A stretch of 64,000 bases of DNA from a virus, in IMG/VR virus record IMGVR_UViG_3300027741_000001. One strand, written 5' to 3'. The notes under the pieces are model-generated. The model had not been told where the DNA came from and made no database searches. It saw nothing but the letters and a program-made list of their open reading frames with translations. Made by a program: the position numbers and the translations under genes. Position 1 is the first letter of the stretch; every line of letters begins with the position of its first letter. Below are positions 60,379 to 64,000 of the stretch, piece after piece.

Positions 60379-60739
60379 TTGGATCTCGATTCGAGGTTAG
60401 GGTTTTATATGGATTCCAAGAACGTAGACGTGATCCGCAACCGCAGTTAACGTCTTTCTTGTAGGCAAGCATTTTTCCAGATTCGGTGATTACGTATGAG
60501 TCTGTTTCTGGAGTTGCTGCCTTCTCAAAGAACGTATAACGTTCGTTGAAAACTATTTGCGGTCCTTCAGGAGCATCGGCTGCAATGGTGATGTTGGTGT
60601 CGGTAACAATAACTCGGGCAGTTTGAATGTAGTAGGTTCCGAGGTTGTTTGGGTGGGATATGAGTTGGTGAACGTCGGTAAAAACGTTCGGAGCGGCAAG
60701 GGCAACGTGAGCAGGGAAAACGTCGTGAAGTATTTGCAT
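60371..60739 (-). CDS. Hypothetical protein (C-terminal CGCGSRL motif)
   Basis: 122 aa, translationally coupled to both neighbours. Confidence 0.7.
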   Translation of the reverse strand: MQILHDVFPAHVALAAPNVFTDVHQLISHPNNLGTYYIQTARVIVTDTNITIAADAPEGPQIVFNERYTFFEKAATPETDSYVITESGKMLAYKKDVNCGCGSRLRSWNPYKTLTSNRDPIA

Positions 60740-60740
60740 A

Positions 60741-61247
60741 TTACAATCCTAGCTTAGAGATACGTTTTGAAATTGCACGGTGAGTAACTCCGGCTGCACG
60801 AGCAATATCGGCAATAGAGACGTCGATGGAACGTAGATCACGGATGATCTGATTCATAAGGGCGTTTGCGATTGCAGGTTTAGAGCCGCTTGGAGTACGG
60901 GATCGATACTGTTGGGCAACGGGAGCTAGGTTCTTGAGTTGCTCAGCTGTGATCGCAGGAACTCCGGGAGAAACGGGAGTTAGACGTTGGTAGCCGTTTT
61001 TAGGGGTCTTGTGATCGGGATTTGGAATGGGGACGTCGATCTGGTTGAACGTGTCGTTCTGGTCTACCCAAGCCTTGACAGTCGATCGACCTTTTGGAGG
61101 CGTGAAGGCATTCCCAATGGATGAGAGAGTCCATCCAGCGTGATAGAGCTGGTGCACTCTGGAAAGTAGTCGACGTCGGTCCAGTTTATTGAGGAGGTCG
61201 ACTTCGGATTGAGGGAGAGGGAGATCTCTTGCTAAACGTCTAGTCAT
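60741..61247 (-). CDS. Helix-turn-helix DNA-binding protein (two HTH-like segments)
   Basis: GWTLSSIGNAF...RSTVKAWV and VSIADIARAAGVTHRAISKRI. Confidence 0.75.
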   Translation of the reverse strand: MTRRLARDLPLPQSEVDLLNKLDRRRLLSRVHQLYHAGWTLSSIGNAFTPPKGRSTVKAWVDQNDTFNQIDVPIPNPDHKTPKNGYQRLTPVSPGVPAITAEQLKNLAPVAQQYRSRTPSGSKPAIANALMNQIIRDLRSIDVSIADIARAAGVTHRAISKRISKLGL

Positions 61248-61253
61248 GGATCT

Positions 61254-61262
61254 AGTGTATCA
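61254..61262 (-). promoter_or_regulatory. Extended -10 six nt upstream of the HTH ATG (probable leaderless transcript)
   Basis: Minus strand TG-A-TACACT-agatcc-ATG; no Shine-Dalgarno sequence. Confidence 0.55.
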
Positions 61263-61410
61263 TCTTTTCGTCCTAAGTTTACGTACTTTATTTAAAAATG
61301 ATACCTTTACTTTTTTTGACTTTGGCCTGCGATCTGGCAGTAGGTATATTTCGTCTTGTCCAAAATTGTTTCCAGCTTCGAACATCTGTTCGAAAAAAAG
61401 ATCTTTTTTC

Positions 61411-61497
61411 GTTATCAAGTTGTTATCTAAATTAGGGGGTTCTAATTTGCTATCTACCTAAAAACTGATACTCTTTTATTAGTTAGGTAATTGCCTA
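61411..61497 (+). promoter_or_regulatory. Cassette 1 promoter region: GTTATC x2, TTGCTA / TG-A-TACTCT, partial palindrome
   Basis: gttatc at 61411-16 and 61422-27; -35 at 61447-52; -10 at 61469-74; tagttaggtaattgcctaa at 61480-98. Confidence 0.55.
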
Positions 61498-61524
61498 ATG
61501 TCCAAAAAAATGAAAGGCTCCAAA

Positions 61525-61788
61525 ATGTTCTCTACTAAGTCTAAGAACTCAGTTTCACCTATCACCTGCTCAGTTGCTAACTGCCTAGACAACAGGTTCA
61601 TCTCTGGCTTGTGTTTCGCTCACCACTCAGGCAACCTAACCCCTGCCAACTCTCAGTTCAAGTGTGGATTGTCTGCCTGTGAGCGTTCTAAAGTGTCTGC
61701 TGAAGCGTTCTGTGACAGACACTTGGAGCAGGGTGTTCCTGCCTGCTTCGATTGCTGTTCTGGCGCTGTGCCTTGTGCCTGTGATTAG
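61525..61788 (+). CDS. Small Cys/His-rich (putative Zn-binding) protein, 87 aa
   Basis: CxxxxC...CxxH repeated twice plus CxxCC...CxC. The ATG at 61525 follows the shared RBS tgaaaggctccaaa, so it is preferred over the track start at 61498. Confidence 0.7.
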   Translation: MFSTKSKNSVSPITCSVANCLDNRFISGLCFAHHSGNLTPANSQFKCGLSACERSKVSAEAFCDRHLEQGVPACFDCCSGAVPCACD

Positions 61789-61806
61789 GCAACAAGCCTA
61801 ACCCTG

Positions 61807-61840
61807 ACTAAGCCCCCCTAGCAATAGGGGGGTTTAGTTT
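61807..61840 (+). terminator. Intrinsic terminator, cassette 1
   Basis: ccccccta-GCAA-tagggggg followed by tttagtttt. Confidence 0.8.
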
Positions 61841-61841
61841 T

Positions 61842-62124
61842 GCCCTGTGCCTGTGAGCCTAAGCCTGTCTGCCTGTAAGCCTGTCCCTGTCCCTGTGAGC
61901 CTGTGAGCCTGTGAGCCTGTGAGCCTGTGCCTGTGCCTGTCCCTGTCCCTGTGAGCCTGTGAGCCTGTGAGCCTGTGAGCCTGTGAGCCTGTGAGCCTGT
62001 GAGCCTGTGAGCCTGTGCCTATCCGCATAAGCCCTAACCGCATAAGCCCTAGCCCTGTCTAGCCTGTGAGCCTGAGCCCTAGCCCTGTCTAAGCCTAAGC
62101 CTGAGCCTGAGCCTGAGCCTGTCT
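61842..62124. repeat. GCCTGTGA-based microsatellite array (8-mer with 6-mer variants)
   Basis: Runs of gcctgtga (e.g. ~61950-62016) interspersed with ccctgt, gcctga, gcctaa; two ccgcataagccct copies at 62023-62050. Confidence 0.9.
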
Positions 62125-62161
62125 AATTCGGCATTAGGTTCGGCAGTTTTGATCAAAAAGC

Positions 62162-62244
62162 TTTACCAAAAAGTTATCAAATAAACTTGACATACTAACC
62201 GCATAAGACTAAGTTAGTAAGTAGTTAGGTAAGTTGCCTAACTA
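62162..62244 (+). promoter_or_regulatory. Cassette 2 sigma70-type promoter and palindrome
   Basis: TTGACA 62187-92, N17, TAAGTT 62210-15; gttatc 62173-78; tagttagg-N7-cctaacta 62222-44. Confidence 0.75.
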
Positions 62245-62268
62245 TCCAAAAATGAAAGGCTCCAAAAA

Positions 62269-62433
62269 ATGAAGGCTCTACTAATTGTTGCTCTAACCCT
62301 AGTTCTCTCCATTGTAGTTGTAGCAATGCTACCTCTTGCCCCTGTTGCTCACCAAATTTTAGTTGCTATGCTAGGCGGTAATGCTCTTATGGCTCTAGGG
62401 TTTGCCTTGCTAGTAAATAGCGAAAATAGATAA
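62269..62433 (+). CDS. Small two-helix membrane protein, 54 aa (below the ORF-track cutoff)
   Basis: MKALLIVALTLVLSIVVVAMLPLAPVAHQILVAMLGGNALMALGFALLVNSENR*; same RBS tgaaaggctccaaa as cassette 1; flanked by promoter and terminator. Confidence 0.75.
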   Translation: MKALLIVALTLVLSIVVVAMLPLAPVAHQILVAMLGGNALMALGFALLVNSENR

Positions 62434-62444
62434 CTAAATAAAGA

Positions 62445-62477
62445 TAGCCCCCCTAGCAATAGGGGGGTTATTTTTTT
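62445..62477 (+). terminator. Intrinsic terminator, cassette 2 (20-nt core identical to cassette 1)
   Basis: ccccccta-GCAA-tagggggg followed by ttattttttt. Confidence 0.85.
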
Positions 62478-62570
62478 GCCTTGCCTAGCCTTGCCTTGCC
62501 TTGCCTTGCCTTGCTTTGCCTTGCCCCCTGTCCTAGCCTTGCCTAAGCCCTACCCCCTGCCTTGCCTTAG
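62476..62570. repeat. GCCTT pentamer microsatellite
   Basis: ttgccttgcctagccttgccttgccttgccttgcc... Confidence 0.85.
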
Positions 62571-62593
62571 TTGCTAAAACTAGAATTTAGGTT

Positions 62594-62676
62594 GTTATCT
62601 AAATGTTATGAAACACACTTGACAGGCTCACCGCATTAGATTAGTCTGGACTTAGTTAGGTAAAGTGCCTAACTAA
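62594..62676 (+). promoter_or_regulatory. Cassette 3 sigma70-type promoter and palindrome
   Basis: gttatc 62594-99 and gttatg 62605-10; TTGACA 62619-24, N17, TAGTCT 62642-47; ttagttagg-N7-cctaactaa 62652-76. Confidence 0.75.
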
Positions 62677-62697
62677 ATAAATGATAAGGACTAAAAA

Positions 62698-62919
62698 ATG
62701 AGCAGAGAAGTTAGAACCTCAGTTGTAGTAGTAAGAAGATTACTAGCAGGGATAGTTATCACCCCTGCCATAGCAGGTGCCTATGTCTTAGGCTATGGGT
62801 TGCTAGTAGCCTATGGAGCAGGACAGTCATCAACTATGAATGAAATAATTAGCAACGGCTTGCTATTCGGTGGAATGTTTAGCCTAGTGTTTGCCTTAGC
62901 TCCAATACTAGACAAGTAA
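62698..62919 (+). CDS. Small two-helix membrane protein, 73 aa
   Basis: Two hydrophobic segments; RBS taagga; has its own promoter and terminator. Confidence 0.75.
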   Translation: MSREVRTSVVVVRRLLAGIVITPAIAGAYVLGYGLLVAYGAGQSSTMNEIISNGLLFGGMFSLVFALAPILDK

Positions 62920-62927
62920 GCGTTAGG

Positions 62928-62961
62928 TTAGTCCCCTTGCTCTAATAGGCAGGGGGACTAA
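62928..62961 (+). terminator. Stem-loop after cassette 3
   Basis: ttagtccccttgc...gcagggggactaa. Confidence 0.65.
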
Positions 62962-63007
62962 TCTCTCCCCCAAAAGTCTAAGGTTTTACTTTCATTTATC
63001 CTTAGAC

Positions 63008-63045
63008 ACTAAGCCCCTTAGCCTTACTAGGCTAGGGGGTTTAGT
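63008..63045. terminator. Stem-loop directly after the terminase stop (convergent junction)
   Basis: actaagccccttagcct-tact-aggctagggggtttagt. Confidence 0.65.
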
Positions 63046-64000
63046 TTATCTAAGCCTAAAGATTGATCGGCTACTCTTGCTGCCTACATCTATCTTTCGG
63101 CTGCCCATAGACTTAGCAGTTATCTTGCCCCCTGTAAAGCCTGAAGGTGGCTTGATAAGTAGAGCAGTCATAGCATGAACAAGAGCATCAACTCTGTCAG
63201 GGGACTTGCCCTCACCTGGAATCCAAGAATACATTTGACTCTCTAAGTCTGCCAAGAATCCAACATGGTGAACTCTGCCTTGCTCATAGGCAAGGGTAAC
63301 TGGCTCAGCTCTAAGAGCCTTACCGTATTTGCTATGAACCTCAAGGACTACAATGTTAGGGTCAATAGTGTGAATAGCATTCTTCACTAAGGCTCCACCT
63401 TGATTCACCTCAGCGACAACAGGGCAGCCCCACTTGCGAGCCATCTCAACGACCTTCTGTGCCCAAACTGTAGGTGAGCCTAATACGCTTGCATCCTCAA
63501 GTACCCAAGCTTGACGCTTATAAAGATCTCTTTCAGAACTAGAAGCGCATACAACGATACCGCATTCATCTCTAGGGTTTTCAGCAACGCTAGGGTCAAC
63601 TCCAATGATTCTTAGAGGAGTACCTAAAGGCATACCAGCTTGTCTACCTAAGTCGATAAGCTCTGATGTCCACAATGCTCCCTCAACGTCATCAAGCATC
63701 TCTCCATAGATTTCTTGCTGAGCTAAACGAGTACCCGCATAGACTCCTGTAATAGCATCAAGATAAGCACCGGATAGGTTACCTGAGTTGTCAAGAGTAG
63801 ATCCTTTAGTGATCACTACACGACCGGTCTTGCTCTCTTCAATTAGTTTATAGAGTAGAGGTACACGCTTAGGTGTAGTAGTTACTATGATCTTAGGCTG
63901 AGCTCCTAGACGAGTACCAACACGAAGGTTATCAAAAGCAGTCATACCTGCTGCATCAGGAGTCTGTCTCCAGGCAGCGATCTCATCACCCCAGGCATGA
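63046..64000 (-). CDS. terL: Terminase large subunit (C-terminal part; 5' end outside the window)
   Basis: Frame is open to the window edge: HAWGDEIAAW (Walker B), VTTTPK, then nuclease motifs IIGVDPS...DECGIVV, VAEVNQGG, GKALRAEP, SPDRVDALVHA. Confidence 0.93.
   Translation of the reverse strand, partial: HAWGDEIAAWRQTPDAAGMTAFDNLRVGTRLGAQPKIIVTTTPKRVPLLYKLIEESKTGRVVITKGSTLDNSGNLSGAYLDAITGVYAGTRLAQQEIYGEMLDDVEGALWTSELIDLGRQAGMPLGTPLRIIGVDPSVAENPRDECGIVVCASSSERDLYKRQAWVLEDASVLGSPTVWAQKVVEMARKWGCPVVAEVNQGGALVKNAIHTIDPNIVVLEVHSKYGKALRAEPVTLAYEQGRVHHVGFLADLESQMYSWIPGEGKSPDRVDALVHAMTALLIKPPSGFTGGKITAKSMGSRKIDVGSKSSRSIFRLR

Noticed and set aside
322-60757. Numerous short + strand and alternate-frame ORFs in the track (e.g. 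577-918, 866-1168, 11091-11471, 32891-33352, 51971-52366)
   Set aside because: They are antisense or frame shadows of long minus-strand genes with recognisable motifs, and have no independent support.
61246-61461. 71-aa + strand ORF
   Set aside because: It overlaps the divergent promoter region, has no RBS and looks like AT-rich intergenic sequence.
61834-62043. 69-aa minus-strand ORF (LTGSQAHR repeats)
   Set aside because: It is a translation of the 8-nt microsatellite; no RBS; it lies in a spacer between cassettes.
61480-62676. Repeated palindromes or microsatellite as a CRISPR array
   Set aside because: Only three copies, 430-740 nt apart with genes between them; no regular repeat-spacer structure and no cas genes.
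63046-63945. Track start for the terminase at 63945
   Set aside because: The frame continues upstream through the Walker B motif to the window edge, so the ATG is internal.

Overview
64 kb of a large tailed-phage (siphovirus-type) genome. It carries the virion morphogenesis region almost entirely on the minus strand. In transcription order: terminase large subunit (truncated by the window end), HTH protein, DUF1360-like membrane protein, portal, Dps/ferritin fusion, two giant multi-enzyme proteins (3232 aa and 6018 aa), a 1506-aa multidomain prohead protease, capsid hexamer and pentamer proteins, tail tube, head-tail connectors, tail chaperones (probable -1 frameshift), tape measure, distal tail, hub/minor tail, and a tail tip/fibre truncated by the window start. 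The portal, protease, capsid, tail tube and adaptor motifs resemble, from memory, actinobacteriophage cluster-B-like proteins, so an actinobacterial host is inferred but not shown. Main finding: the two giant proteins sit in the head-gene block and are strings of enzymes (2 DEDDh exonucleases, an SF1 helicase, ArdC, 2 R-S-E ADP-ribosyltransferases, 3 GNATs, a ParB-like domain, and 3 HExxH zincins besides the ArdC one). They are punctuated about 15 times by one hexapeptide, P-[SNA]-Q-N-R-E, which falls at module boundaries. Their N-termini share a [LI][TV]A[ADG]...QxRDxxG[RK][WF] tag with the prohead protease. This suggests virion-packaged polyprotein arsenals that are processed or tethered module by module. 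Second finding: an oppositely oriented island between the terminase and the HTH gene holds three small genes built as repeated expression units (phased GTTATC boxes, sigma70-type promoter, shared palindrome, terminator), separated by GCCT microsatellites. All family assignments come from motif recognition; no database searches were run.
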